Numbered from the stretch's first letter, positions 20,121 to 33,377 are shown. The stretch: DNA of 60,017 nt from Deltaproteobacteria bacterium SM23_61 (GCA_001304105.1 LJUR01000006.1:1-60017); one strand, 5' to 3'. Translations and numbers: made by a program. The notes: a model not told the origin generated them from the letters alone.

Positions 20121-20867
20121 TCATTTCTTTATCAACTGTGCGGCCACGGCCTCGGCAGCGCGTTTCGCTGCCTCGGGGTCGCCCAGATAGTAGCTGCGCA
20201 TCGGTTTCAAGTCGTCGTGAAGTTCATACACCAGGGGTATTCCCGTGGGGATGTTGAGGCCCACAATCTCCTTGTCGGAGACATTGTCGAGATACTTCAC
20301 CAAAGCCCTCAGACTATTCCCATGGGCCGAGATGATCACCCGCTTTCCGGCTTTCACCGTAGGGGCGATGGTTTCATGCCAGTAAGGAAGGAAACGTTCC
20401 ACGGTGTCCTTCAAACACTCTGTGAGAGGGACCTCCTCGGGCTTCATATCGGCATAACGTGGATCGCGGCCGGGGTAAAGGGGATCATCGGGAGTGAGGG
20501 CAGGGGGTTGCACATCGTAGCTTCGGCGCCAGATCTTCACCTGTTCCACCCCGTGCTTTTCCGCCATCTCTGCCTTATTGAGACCCTGAAGGGCGCCATA
20601 ATGGCGCTCATTTAGGCGCCAGCTGTTGTAGACCGGGATCCACATGAGATCCATCTCCTCCAGGGCAAGCCAAAGGGTCTTGATGGCCCGTTTCAACACG
20701 GAGGTGTAGGCGATGTCGAAGACGTATCCCTCCTTCTTCAGGAGTCGGCCTGCTTCGATTGCTTCCTCTGTCCCTTTCTCGGAGAGCCCGACATCCACCC
20801 AGCCGGTAAACCGGTTCTCTTTGTTCCATTCGCTCTCGCCGTGGCGGAGCAGGACGATCTTTTTCAT
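20121..20867 (-). CDS. gpmA: 2,3-bisphosphoglycerate-dependent phosphoglycerate mutase
   Basis: [36 protein letters not shown]. Confidence 0.95.
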   Translation of the reverse strand: MKKIVLLRHGESEWNKENRFTGWVDVGLSEKGTEEAIEAGRLLKKEGYVFDIAYTSVLKRAIKTLWLALEEMDLMWIPVYNSWRLNERHYGALQGLNKAEMAEKHGVEQVKIWRRSYDVQPPALTPDDPLYPGRDPRYADMKPEEVPLTECLKDTVERFLPYWHETIAPTVKAGKRVIISAHGNSLRALVKYLDNVSDKEIVGLNIPTGIPLVYELHDDLKPMRSYYLGDPEAAKRAAEAVAAQLIKK

Positions 20868-20916
20868 CCGCGAATCTCCTTTCGAGGTTCAAGTAGTTCA
20901 GTCCCTCAGGTGAGGC

Positions 20917-21993
<1,077 letters not shown>

Positions 21994-22058
21994 TTATACT
22001 ATAATTGTTTTCCCTCCTCCTCCCTGTGGCAGTATGGCTGACCCTCCTTCGCACGTCA

Positions 22059-22745
22059 TCAGGGTGATGATGAATCCCGATTGGACGCATAAGCAATATG
22101 GAGTCCCACGAGGCGGGCAACCAACACAGCCAGGTAGAGTTGGCCTATGAAGGCTTCGCAAATGGCCAGTGAGCGAGCCTGGTGGGTGAGTGGCGTGATG
22201 TCACCATACCCGAGCGTCGTCAAGGTCACAAAACTGTAATACAACAGCTGGCCGAGGACATCACCGTCACCCTGTTTGAGGGTGAATGAGTTCGGCGCAA
22301 GCATTTCCAAAAAGTAGTAAGCAAAGGTCCACACAAGCCCGAAGAGGAAGTAGGCAGATGCCGCACCCATGACGAGGTCAGCCGTCACCTCTTTCGCTCT
22401 CAGGATATGGGAGAGGATTGTGACCAAGGTAATCACAACAAAAAGGGCAAAGGAAATTTTACTGATGAACTCAAAAGCGGTTGACTCTTTCAAATAGGCA
22501 GCCCCTCCCAAGAGAAGCGAGGAAATGGCTAGAAGCGATGCGATGATCAAGACGTTTCTTTTCTGACTGACAGCGTAGACTCCTGAAATGAGGATAACGG
22601 CAAAGAGGATATCCGTCAGAACACGGACCCCGATAGTCTCCGTCATAAAGGGACGAACGGCCAGCATGAAAATGATGGAAATGAAGAGGAAGAGAAACCG
22701 GCCTATCGTCATCCCCAAGAAGGGAATGGTAACTTCTTCGCGCAT
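22059..22745 (-). CDS. Potassium channel-family membrane protein
   Basis: 228 aa, multiple TM segments, K+ selectivity filter TLTTLGYGDITP. Confidence 0.8.
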   Translation of the reverse strand: MREEVTIPFLGMTIGRFLFLFISIIFMLAVRPFMTETIGVRVLTDILFAVILISGVYAVSQKRNVLIIASLLAISSLLLGGAAYLKESTAFEFISKISFALFVVITLVTILSHILRAKEVTADLVMGAASAYFLFGLVWTFAYYFLEMLAPNSFTLKQGDGDVLGQLLYYSFVTLTTLGYGDITPLTHQARSLAICEAFIGQLYLAVLVARLVGLHIAYASNRDSSSP

Positions 22746-22779
22746 GACAGCCTCATCCTTTCCAATGAGGGCTCCGGAA

Positions 22780-23832
<1,053 letters not shown>

Positions 23833-23844
23833 TCTCTTCAGAGT

Positions 23845-26205
23845 TCAGATGTCCGTGCGCCCGATGGCCATCAGGGATTTTGAGATGGGTCTCCCGGGAA
23901 GAAGCTCAATCTCTTCATCATAGTGACGCACCATCAACCTGTCCCCTTCTCGAAGGGAATAGGTCACCGATTCTTGAGTGATGTCGACCTCTATTGTCTG
24001 GCCTCGAACCGTTAATGGAAATCGAACCTTGAGGGGGCGAGCCGGGGGGATCGGACGAAAGGACAACCGACCATGGTAATCACGCATCCCGGCGAACCCA
24101 TAGACGGCGGTCATCCAGGTTCCTCCCATCGAAGCGATGTGACACCCGTCAGCCGCATTCCCTGCAACGTCAGCCAGATCCATGAGCAATGTATAGTGCA
24201 TATAATCGCCCGCTCTCTGCAGATAACCCATCTCAAAAGCCATGATCGCCTGGATGGAGACCGAAAGAGAAGAGTCTCCGGTCGTGAGGGGATCGTAGAA
24301 ATCGAAATTCCGTTTCTTCTGCTCCGGTGTGAATTCGTCCCCGAGGAGAAACATGGCCAAGATGACATCGGCCTGTTTGATTACCTGATGTCGATAGATC
24401 ACAAGGGGGTGGTAGTGAAGAAGGAGCGGGTGCTTCTCAACCGGTGTCTTTTCTAAATCCCAGGGTTTCTTTTCGAGAAACTCATCATCCTGGAGGTGAA
24501 TTCCCAGTTTCTCATCAAACGGGAGGTACATCCGATCGGCTGCCTGCTTCCATTCTTCAACCTCGGAGAGCTCGACGCCTGTTTTGTGGGCTAGATCCGC
24601 AAAGAGGTCGGGTCGCTGTTCGTAGAGGTTTTTGACCGTTGACGCCGCGTACCAGAGGTTTTCACGAGCCATCAGGTTGGTGAAGGTATTGTTATTGACG
24701 ACTGTATTGTATTCATCCGGCCCTGTCACTCCCGCGATACAGAATCGTTCCCCCTTGTTCTGCGAAAAGAATCCGAGGTCCCTCCATAACCGGGCCGTTT
24801 CCACCAGCATCTCCGCACCTTCTTGCTTGAGAAAGACCTCATCCTCTGTAACCTCCACATATTTTTTCAGGGCATACATGATATCAGCGTTAATGTGATA
24901 TTGGGCTGTCCCTGCCGCGTAGTAGGCCGAGGCCTCTTCGCCGTTGATTGTCCTCCAGGGGAAAAGGGCTCCTTTCTGGTTCACCTCTTGCGCACGTTTT
25001 CTGGCCTTGTCAAGCATACTGTGTCTGAATTTTAAAAGGTTCTTGGCGATGCGGGGGGCTGTGTATAACAGGAAAGGAAGTACGTAGATTTCCGTATCCC
25101 AGAAATAGTGTCCCTCATAGCCATGGCCGGTAAGTCCCTTCGCGGGTACGCCGGCCCCCTCTGCCCTGGCGGTCGCTTGGAGAATGTGAAAGAGATTGAA
25201 GCGAATGGCCTGTTGGATCTTCGGGTCTCCAGTCAACTCGATATCGCTTCTCTGCCAGAAGTCGGCCATGTACTGCTGCTGGCTTTCCATTAACGCTCCG
25301 AACCCATGCCCCATCGCCCGATCGAGCGTCCGTTCCGCCCTCTCACAGAGCTCCTCCGGAGGAACCCTCCGGGAGGTGTGATAGGTCATATATTTTGTAA
25401 GTCGCATGGGGACGTTGCACTTGGCATCGATGGAGAAGACGACTTTGCCGAAATTCTCGGAATGTTTTGTCTCGTGAGAGAAGGGACACTCTGATTCAAA
25501 GACGTGATCGATTCCACAGGCCAGCCTCATTTGACTCTGGCGGGTCATATGGCTGAGGACGATGCGGTGGTGATTCGCATAGCTCGCCTTGGGAATGAAG
25601 ATACTCTCCTGAAATGCCCGCGTCTTGCGAGGGTCGCTACTCTGTTCGAGAGGGTGCTGTTCATTGCTCATCTCAGAGGAGATGACGATGGGAGCCTCTC
25701 CATTCAGAAGCGTTATTTCATAGGAGATGGCGGCGAGATGTCGGTGCTCAAAGGAAACGAACCTGCGCGATTTGATGGAAAGATGTTTACCCGAGGGTGT
25801 CTCCCAGAGGATGTCGCGGTCAAGGGTTCCATCCTTCATGTTTAGGGCCCGCTCAAAGAGAAGAAGCATTGCGGTGGGCAGGTAAAATGGCTCGTCGTCC
25901 ACGTAAAGCTTGATGATCTTGCTATCCGTCACACTCACCATGGTCTGCCCTGTCGTGGCCAATCCGAAGGCTTCTTCTGGATAGACGATGGGCCACGATT
26001 CGTAGAACCCGTTGACGAAGGTCCCATTCTGGTGGGCCGGAGAACCCTCTTCAAAGACCCCTCTCATTCCGAGGTAGCCATTGGCTAGGGCAAAAAATGT
26101 TTCCGTCTGTCCAAGATATCCAGGATTGAATTGTTTCTCCACAAACCTCCAGTCGTCGGCTGGGTAAATGTGTTCGGGCCATTTCAATCGTTCACGATGG
26201 ATCAT
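23845..26205 (-). CDS. GH65-family disaccharide phosphorylase (kojibiose/trehalose/maltose phosphorylase type)
   Basis: 786 aa with overall GH65 architecture, including GHGYEGHYFWDTE (catalytic-acid region). It is coupled by an ATGA overlap to a beta-phosphoglucomutase gene. Confidence 0.88.
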   Translation of the reverse strand: MIHRERLKWPEHIYPADDWRFVEKQFNPGYLGQTETFFALANGYLGMRGVFEEGSPAHQNGTFVNGFYESWPIVYPEEAFGLATTGQTMVSVTDSKIIKLYVDDEPFYLPTAMLLLFERALNMKDGTLDRDILWETPSGKHLSIKSRRFVSFEHRHLAAISYEITLLNGEAPIVISSEMSNEQHPLEQSSDPRKTRAFQESIFIPKASYANHHRIVLSHMTRQSQMRLACGIDHVFESECPFSHETKHSENFGKVVFSIDAKCNVPMRLTKYMTYHTSRRVPPEELCERAERTLDRAMGHGFGALMESQQQYMADFWQRSDIELTGDPKIQQAIRFNLFHILQATARAEGAGVPAKGLTGHGYEGHYFWDTEIYVLPFLLYTAPRIAKNLLKFRHSMLDKARKRAQEVNQKGALFPWRTINGEEASAYYAAGTAQYHINADIMYALKKYVEVTEDEVFLKQEGAEMLVETARLWRDLGFFSQNKGERFCIAGVTGPDEYNTVVNNNTFTNLMARENLWYAASTVKNLYEQRPDLFADLAHKTGVELSEVEEWKQAADRMYLPFDEKLGIHLQDDEFLEKKPWDLEKTPVEKHPLLLHYHPLVIYRHQVIKQADVILAMFLLGDEFTPEQKKRNFDFYDPLTTGDSSLSVSIQAIMAFEMGYLQRAGDYMHYTLLMDLADVAGNAADGCHIASMGGTWMTAVYGFAGMRDYHGRLSFRPIPPARPLKVRFPLTVRGQTIEVDITQESVTYSLREGDRLMVRHYDEEIELLPGRPISKSLMAIGRTDI

Positions 26206-26993
26206 GTCTGAAGATCCTCCGTTCTGATGAGTTCGCTCAAATCGCTCACCACAATGTCCGCTCCCTGCGCCTCCAAGGCTTGCCGGTTCCTGTGGTGTTC
26301 GATGCCCACCACGAGCCCAAAGCCACCATCACGACCTGCCTGGATGCCTGAGAGGGCATCTTCAATCACAACCGCACGCTCGGGTCTGCTTCCGAGTTCT
26401 TTGGCAGCCTCGAGAAACGTATCGGGAGCGGGTTTCCCCGGAAGGTTGAGTCGAGCCGCTACCTCCCCATCGACTCGGACATCGAAGAGATCCTCAATGC
26501 CAGCCGCCTGGAGGACGGCTCTGCAATTCTTGCTCGCCGAGACGACCCCAGTTTTAAATCCCTGACGCCGCATGTAGCGTAGGAAAGAGATGTTTCCTTG
26601 GTACACCTCAATTCCTCCTGAACGGAGGGCCTCCTTCACCATCCGATCTTTAATATTCCCGAGGCCGGTGATCGATTCGTAGCTGGGCGGGTCATCTGGA
26701 TCTCCGTACGGGAGACGGATCCCGCGGGATTCGAGAAAGCTGCGGACCCCTTCGTAGCGGAGTTTACCATCCACGTATTGCTTGTAGTCCTCTCCGATAT
26801 CGAACGGTTGGAAAGGGATGTTCTTCTCTTTTGCGTGTGTTTGCAAGAAGGCGTCGAACATCTTCTTCCAGCAAGCTGCATGGAGATTTGCCGTATCGGT
26901 CAGGACACCATCCAGATCGAAGAGTAGGGCGTCGTATTTTTCCCGGGTGATGGCCTGGCCTGATTCTTTCTCCGTCATGACCACTGCTTTCAT
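26202..26993 (-). CDS. pgmB: Beta-phosphoglucomutase (HAD superfamily)
   Basis: HAD motif I LLFDLDGVLTDT, SASKN, VIEDALSGIQAGR. Start set to MKAVVMT (26993), because the upstream 30 track codons are read from the GGAGTA repeat. Confidence 0.85.
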   Translation of the reverse strand: MKAVVMTEKESGQAITREKYDALLFDLDGVLTDTANLHAACWKKMFDAFLQTHAKEKNIPFQPFDIGEDYKQYVDGKLRYEGVRSFLESRGIRLPYGDPDDPPSYESITGLGNIKDRMVKEALRSGGIEVYQGNISFLRYMRRQGFKTGVVSASKNCRAVLQAAGIEDLFDVRVDGEVAARLNLPGKPAPDTFLEAAKELGSRPERAVVIEDALSGIQAGRDGGFGLVVGIEHHRNRQALEAQGADIVVSDLSELIRTEDLQT

Positions 26994-27012
26994 AAGAAAC
27001 TCCCCGTAAAAA

Positions 27013-27148
27013 TTGGAGTGTTGGAGTACTAAAGAACTGGAGTACTGGAGTATTGGAGAATTGGAGTACTGCGTATTAAACAACTTCCATTTCGATAAAC
27101 CTTTTTTCTTTCCGGCTCTCCATTATTCCATTACTCCATCACTCCAGT
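27013..27148. repeat. GGAGTA word-stutter hairpin (longer copy)
   Basis: TTGGAGTGTTGGAGTACT..CTGGAGTACTGGAGTATTGGAGAATTGGAGTACT opposite CTCCATTATTCCATTACTCCATCACTCCAGTAT. It fills the pgmB-pyk spacer. Confidence 0.8.
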
Positions 27149-27150
27149 AT

Positions 27151-28578
27151 TTAAAGCCTCAAATCGATGATCTCCATCCGGTTGCTGGCTTCGGGGTGCT
27201 TGGTTGACGGTCCTTCCGTCAGAACAACAAGGTCCCCCACCACTTCGTGATCACGCAGCCATCCTTTAATATAGGACCTCCAGTCCTCCGGGTGGTCGGG
27301 CTCATGAACCGGGTAAACCCCATAGGAGAATTGGAGCCTCTGACACGTGCTCTCCTGGGAGCTGACGGCCGCGATCCAGACCGGCAGCCTGAAACGTGCA
27401 ATGCTTCTGGCGGTATACCCGCTGCGGGTTGGAACGAAGACAGCGGCTGGCGAGATGCGCTCGAGTGTCGTTTCAACGCTGAAGGCAATCAGGTCTGGGA
27501 GACTGACGTCGCCGCCACGGCCAAGATCTTTCAGGGCCTCCCTCACAGTGTGGGCGGGCCGATGGGGCTCAATGACCCCGGCGATTTTGGCCAGCATGGC
27601 CACTGCGTCCACAGGGTATTTACCCATGGCCGACTCCCCGGAAAGCATGACGCAGTCCGTTCCATCGAGGATTGCGTTAGCGACATCAGTGGACTCGGCG
27701 CGAGTGGGCCTCCGGTTTTCAGTCATCGACTCGAGCATCTGGGTGGCTGTGATGATCGGTTTTCCAAGGAGATTGGCCTGGTGCATGAGTCGTTTTTGAA
27801 CCACAGCAATCTGCTCGATAGGTATTTCTACCCCTAAATCCCCTCTCGCAATCATGATCCCATCTGCGGTCTTAAGGATCTCATCCATATGATCGAGGGC
27901 ACGGGATCGCTCGATCTTGGCAATGATCAGTGGATGGTAATCGAGGGTCTCTGCCGCTTTGCGAACGGCGTCGATATCCGCCCCGGACTGAACAAAGGAT
28001 TGACTGACCGCATCCACTCCATTTTCCGAAGCAAATTTCACTCCCTCGCGGTCGCGGTCGGTAAAAGCACTGATGCCAAGATCAATTCCAGGTAGGTTGA
28101 GCCCCTTGCGAGATCGCAGCTCACCACCCACCAGCACTCGGCAGCGCACGTCTTTTCCTTCGACGTTCACCACCTCGAGTTGGATAAATCCATCGTTGAG
28201 AAAAACGGTATCTCCGGGCTTCACGGCTTTTGGGAGAGGTTCAAAGGTTACCGACACACGGTTTGCGTCTCCTTGAATGGGCTCTGTTGTTAAGATGAAT
28301 GTATTTCCAGGTTGAAGCTCGACGGGCTCTTTAGCGAATTGACCTATTCGAATCTTGGGTCCCGGGAGATCGGCCATGATGGCCACACGCCTTCCCGCTC
28401 GGTTCGCCGCTGCACGAAGACTCTCAATGACTTTTTTGTGGCTTTTAAAATCTCCATGAGAGAAGTTGAGCCGAGCGATATTCATTCCGGCCCGGATCAT
28501 CTGCGAAATGACCTCAGGCGACTCTGACGCGGGACCAATCGTACAGACAATCTTCGTTTTGTTCTTTGGAAGTTCCAT
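27151..28578 (-). CDS. pyk: Pyruvate kinase
   Basis: TKIVCTIGPAS, NFSHG, MIARGDLGVEIP, ATQMLESM. Start set to MELPKNKTK (28578) behind GAGAGGGA. Confidence 0.95.
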   Translation of the reverse strand: MELPKNKTKIVCTIGPASESPEVISQMIRAGMNIARLNFSHGDFKSHKKVIESLRAAANRAGRRVAIMADLPGPKIRIGQFAKEPVELQPGNTFILTTEPIQGDANRVSVTFEPLPKAVKPGDTVFLNDGFIQLEVVNVEGKDVRCRVLVGGELRSRKGLNLPGIDLGISAFTDRDREGVKFASENGVDAVSQSFVQSGADIDAVRKAAETLDYHPLIIAKIERSRALDHMDEILKTADGIMIARGDLGVEIPIEQIAVVQKRLMHQANLLGKPIITATQMLESMTENRRPTRAESTDVANAILDGTDCVMLSGESAMGKYPVDAVAMLAKIAGVIEPHRPAHTVREALKDLGRGGDVSLPDLIAFSVETTLERISPAAVFVPTRSGYTARSIARFRLPVWIAAVSSQESTCQRLQFSYGVYPVHEPDHPEDWRSYIKGWLRDHEVVGDLVVLTEGPSTKHPEASNRMEIIDLRL

Positions 28579-28629
28579 GGATATCCCTCTCAAATGAGTC
28601 AAAAAATTGCATCATGCCTTAGTCGTCCC

Positions 28630-30189
28630 TTACCAATCGGGTAGATACAGTAACTTCCGGTGCTCCTCGGGTTGGGGCTCAAGTTTTTCGGGTGAAAGCA
28701 ATTTCCCCCAGCCCGTCCGGTTCCGCATTTCCGTCTTGATCTCCTCGGGCACGAACTCCTTCCCTTCACGTATCTCCCAGCCTCCTCCAAGCGCTTTGTA
28801 TGTGGCAATCAAGTTGAGCGCAACCGACCCGGTTGAATTCACGAATGCATCCTCCGCGATGGCCAGGGCACGCTGGGCGTCGAGAACCCGCTGATAGTCT
28901 ATGAGCCCCTCCTTGTATTGAAGCGATGAGAGGTCAACCGAGCGCTTCGAAGCTTTGACGCTTTCCAAGAGAAATGCCCGTTCGTCTTGTGATCTCAAAA
29001 AGGCCACCAAGGCATCCTCTGACTCCCGGGCTGCTCTGAGCACGATGTTCTGGTAGTTGACGGCCAGTTGTTGGAAACGTGCATCCTCGGTTCGGACCCT
29101 GTTCTTGATTCGTCCGTAGTTCAGGATGTCCCACGACAAGCTCGGGCCTGCAGACCCCTCCACGCTCTTCGACTGAAAAAGGTCACTCAGCTTGCTTCCG
29201 CCGGCTGCGGTCAGGGCTGCATCACTGGCCCGGACCCCAATGGTCCCAAAGAGCGCAAAATGGGGGTAGAGGTCTGCCTTGGCGACTCCGATCAAGGCGC
29301 TCTGAGCGGCCAGTTGTCGCTCCGCAAAACGGATATCCGGACGCCTCCGGAGTAATTCGGCAGGAATCCCCACGGCAACTTCTGGAGGCACAGGGGGGAT
29401 GGACTTGGGTCCGCCAAGGATTTCATCAACAGCACCGGGAAGAAATCCCAAGAGGATGCTTAGCCCATTTTTGGCCTGGCGTAAACTGGCTTCAAGAGGG
29501 GGGAGGGTCGCTTTCGTATTATTCAGGAGCGCTCGGGCCTGTTGGACATCGAGCTCGGTCACGTCCCCTCCATCGAAAAGGGCTTGAGCGATCTGAACCG
29601 TTCGTTCCTGGATCCTCACGTTCTCCCGTGCCACGTCCAGACGGGACTCGATCGTCCGGATCAAGATATAGGTCCGAGCCACCTCCGCCGTCAAGGAAAC
29701 CAGGACGTCGTCGTAACCTGCGATCGAGGCTTCGAGGTTTGCAATACCGGATTCAATACCGCGACGAAATTTCCCCCAGAGGTCGATCTCCCAGGCCGCG
29801 TCAAATCCCACCCCAAGCTGGCTGTAGTGCATGTCAGCGATGGAGGTTGTGTTGGCCGCATTCTTACTCACCCTTGTGACCGCGTAAGTTCCACCAACGG
29901 TCTGCGTCTGGGGATAGAGATTTCCTACGGCGATTCCCAGGATCGCCCGGGCCTCCAGGACGCGAATTCCCGCGATCCGAAGGTTCAGGTTCTGCTGATA
30001 AGCTTTCTCTATGAGGGTGTCCAGAATCGGGTCGTTGAAGACTTTCCACCACGTGACGAAGTCCCCCGGCCGGCTCTGGATTCTCGGATCATCCTTTTCC
30101 ATCCACTCCTTCGGAGACGGGGCATCCGGCCGAATATAATCCGGACCGACCGTTGTGCACCCCCTGCTGGATCCGAAAAAAGATCGCAT
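28630..30189 (-). CDS. RND efflux outer-membrane factor (NodT family), apparently lacking a signal peptide
   Basis: The mature-end motif C-TTVGPDYIRP and two OEP repeats are present. Only 10 non-hydrophobic residues (MRSFFGSSRG) precede the lipobox Cys. The 5' 101 nt overlap the permease tail. Confidence 0.75.
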   Translation of the reverse strand: MRSFFGSSRGCTTVGPDYIRPDAPSPKEWMEKDDPRIQSRPGDFVTWWKVFNDPILDTLIEKAYQQNLNLRIAGIRVLEARAILGIAVGNLYPQTQTVGGTYAVTRVSKNAANTTSIADMHYSQLGVGFDAAWEIDLWGKFRRGIESGIANLEASIAGYDDVLVSLTAEVARTYILIRTIESRLDVARENVRIQERTVQIAQALFDGGDVTELDVQQARALLNNTKATLPPLEASLRQAKNGLSILLGFLPGAVDEILGGPKSIPPVPPEVAVGIPAELLRRRPDIRFAERQLAAQSALIGVAKADLYPHFALFGTIGVRASDAALTAAGGSKLSDLFQSKSVEGSAGPSLSWDILNYGRIKNRVRTEDARFQQLAVNYQNIVLRAARESEDALVAFLRSQDERAFLLESVKASKRSVDLSSLQYKEGLIDYQRVLDAQRALAIAEDAFVNSTGSVALNLIATYKALGGGWEIREGKEFVPEEIKTEMRNRTGWGKLLSPEKLEPQPEEHRKLLYLPDW

Positions 30190-33100
30190 AAAGAACAGGC
30201 ACGACGATCAGTGTCAGCAATGTTGCAAACCCGAGTCCGACCATGATCGTCACCGCCATGGCTACGAAGAATGCATCCTGGAGCAGAGGCGCCATGCCAA
30301 GAATCGTCGTTAAAGCTGCCATGCTGACCGGAATCAAACGGCTGACTCCGGAGTCGAGAATCGCCTGGAACCTATTTTTTCCGCTGCCAATCTGGGTGTC
30401 AATCTCGTCAACCAGGACGATGGCGTTTTTAATCAACATGCCGGAAAGGCTCATGAGACCCAGAAGGGGCATGAACCCGAAGGGCTGGCGAAAGACAAGC
30501 AACCCTACGGTGACGCCGATAATCGACAGCGGAACGGTCAACCAGATCACAAGGGTCTTCTTGATGGAGTTGAATAAGAAAAGCACGATCAGAACCATGA
30601 GGCCGAAGAATATGGGAAGCGTGCTCGAAAGGCGATCATTCGCCTTGGCGGAATCCTCCGCCTCCCCGCCCCATGCCATGGAGTATCCGGGCAGGCCCTT
30701 CAACCTCCCCGCCCCATGCCATGGAGTATCCGGGCAGGCCCTTCAACGGCCACACGTCGGAGTAACCCACCTTTAGCGTGCTGGCATCATAGTTTTTGTA
30801 CGGATCCTCTCCGGGCCCCAATCCCTTTCCGAGAACCTGTCCGACGTCTACATTCAAGGTTTTCTCAATCTTTGGCTTTACCCGTGCCATGAGCTCGCTC
30901 GGCAGTCCCTCCCTCGGGTCTGCATGGATCTTCAGCATTTTCGATCGATCCCTTCGCCAGAGGTAAGGATCCTCAAATTCCATCTTGAACTCGTTGACGA
31001 CCTGCCCCGCCGGAATCATTTTGCGTGCCACAGGGCTCCAGACTTGAATGGCCTTGAGACTGTCCAGGTCCTTTCGCTCGGATTCCGGAGAACGGGCGAG
31101 GATTGGAAGCAACTCGTCGCCCTCCCGGTAAACGCCCACACGGGTTCCATCAAAGGCGGATTCAATGGTCCTGGCCAGCTCTGGCCTCTCGATTCCCGCT
31201 CGCTTGGCCTGGGTTTCGGCCATCTGAGGTCTCAAGACCTTCACTTGGTCCCGCCATTCGTTTCTGATGGCCTTGGCCACGGGATCGTCGCGCAGCACGG
31301 CCTCCACCTTTGCACCGAGACCTCTTAAGACCTCCGGGTCCGGCCCGTATAGGCGGAGCTGGATCTTACCTCCTGTCGAAGGCCCAAGAATGAAGAGCCT
31401 TACATTGACCATGGCCTGAGGAAACATCTCTTCGAGATCTTTCTGAAGCATCTTCGACAGGGTAGGGATGCGCTTGTAATGATCGACATCGACAAGTATT
31501 TGGGCAAAACTACGGTGAGAAGATTCAGGCGTGTACGTCAGCAGGAAGCGGATCTGTCCTCCGCCAATCATGCTTGTCACATGGGGGATGCCCTCCTGTT
31601 TCTTCAGGTATTCCTCGGCTCTTGCGATCTGGTGAACCGTCTCGTCGATACTGGTTCCCTCCCGAAACCAGAAATCGACATAGAGCTGGGGACGTGTGGA
31701 GTCAGGGAAAAAACTGTTCTTCACATGACCGAAGCCCATGAGGGCAGATAGAAATAGACCTACGACAACAGCCAGCGTGACCCATCGAAAACGAATGCAG
31801 GCGGAGAGAAAACGCCGGTAAAGCTGGTAGAATTTTCCACCGTAGGGATCTTTCTCCTTTCCCCGGTCAGCGCTCCCGCCGGGTTTCCCTTTCAGAAATG
31901 TCTTGCACAGGAGGGGCGTGGTTGTGACGGCGGTCACCCAGCTCATCAAGAGGGAGATCAGAATGACGTAGAACAGAGAGCGGCAGTACTCGCCCGTGCT
32001 GTCCTGAGAGGTGCCGATGGCGGCGAAGGCAGCGACGGCGACAAACGTTGCTCCAAGGAGCGGGACACCTACCTGCCCAACGATGTCACGGGCCGCCGTG
32101 AGAGAATCGGCACCCTGTTGCATTTTCATCCGCATGCCGTCTGTCACAACAATCGCATTGTCCACAAGCATCCCCAGGGCGATCACGAGGGCTCCCAGGG
32201 AAATCCGCTCCAGGATGATGGATCCCATCCCCATGAAGATGAACGTCCCCATGATCGTCACGAGGAGAACCGCCCCGATGATCAGGCCGCTTCGAAGGCC
32301 CATAAAGACCAGCAGCACGATGATCACGATGGCAATGGCTTCAACCAGGTTGATCAGAAAGCCGCCGATGGCCTCGGTCACGGCTCTGCTCTGGAGCGAA
32401 ATGACCTGTAACTCCATCCCAACAGGTCTGAGTGGCTCAAGTTCCTTAAGGCGTTTGCCCAGAGACTTTCCCATATTGACGACGTTCCCGCCCAAAACGG
32501 TAGAGATGGCCAGACCGACCGCTGGCTTCCCATCGTAGCGAAGCAGGGTGTCGGGAGGATCCTTGTAACCCCGCTTGATGTCGGCCACATCACGAAGATA
32601 GATGAGGCTGTCCGATTTTGGACCTCGGCCCGTGATCAACAGGTCGCCGAATTCCTTCTCAGACTTGAACTCTCCGGTCGGATTGATCGGGATGTATTCC
32701 CTTCCCAGGGCGAGATTGCCGGCAGAGGCCGCGATGTTCTTCGATCCCAGCGTCCGATAAATATCATCGGGAGAGATGCCGAGCTCGGCCATCTTCTCAC
32801 GCCGCATCTCAACGTAGATGACTTCGGGACGGACTCCGTAGAAGACGATCCGCTTGACATCCTGGGCTTTGAGCAGTTCCCGTTGCAGATACTTGGCGTA
32901 CTCATACATTTCCTTGTACGTGTAGCCCTCACCCGTGATGGCCACGTAGACCCCGTAGACATCCCCGAAGTCGTCATTGACAATCGAAGGGCCCGCGCCA
33001 GGAGGAAGGTATCGCTGGTAATCGTTTACCTTGCGGCGAAGCTCATCCCATACCTGTGGCAGCGCGTTCTTGTCGTACTTATCCCTCATGATGGCCTTGA

Positions 33101-33377
33101 CCGTGGAGACCCCCCGGGCGGATCGAGACTCCACGCGCTCGAGCTGCCCCAACTCCTGACAGGCCCTCTCGATGACATCGCTGACCTCCTCTTCCACCTC
33201 GGCTGCCGATGCACCCGGGTAAGGCGTGGTGATCACCGCCTCCTTGATCGAAAACTCCGGATCTTCCAAGCGGCTGAGGTTGTTGAAGGAGACCCATCCC
33301 ACGGCGACGAGCAGGATCGTCAATACCCAGGTGATGACGCTTCTGCGAATACTCCATTCGGCGATGTTCATTGCCAC
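30089..33377 (-). pseudogene. RND (AcrB/HAE1-type) inner-membrane efflux permease split by a 43-bp tandem duplication
   Basis: Track ORFs 30636..33377 and 30089..30703 both contain KGLPGYSMAWGGE. Deleting one 43-bp copy gives one 3246-nt (1081-aa) frame. Confidence 0.85.
30661..30746. repeat. Exact 2 x 43-bp tandem duplication
   Basis: CCTCCCCGCCCCATGCCATGGAGTATCCGGGCAGGCCCTTCAA occurs at 30661-30703 and again at 30704-30746. Confidence 0.97.
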
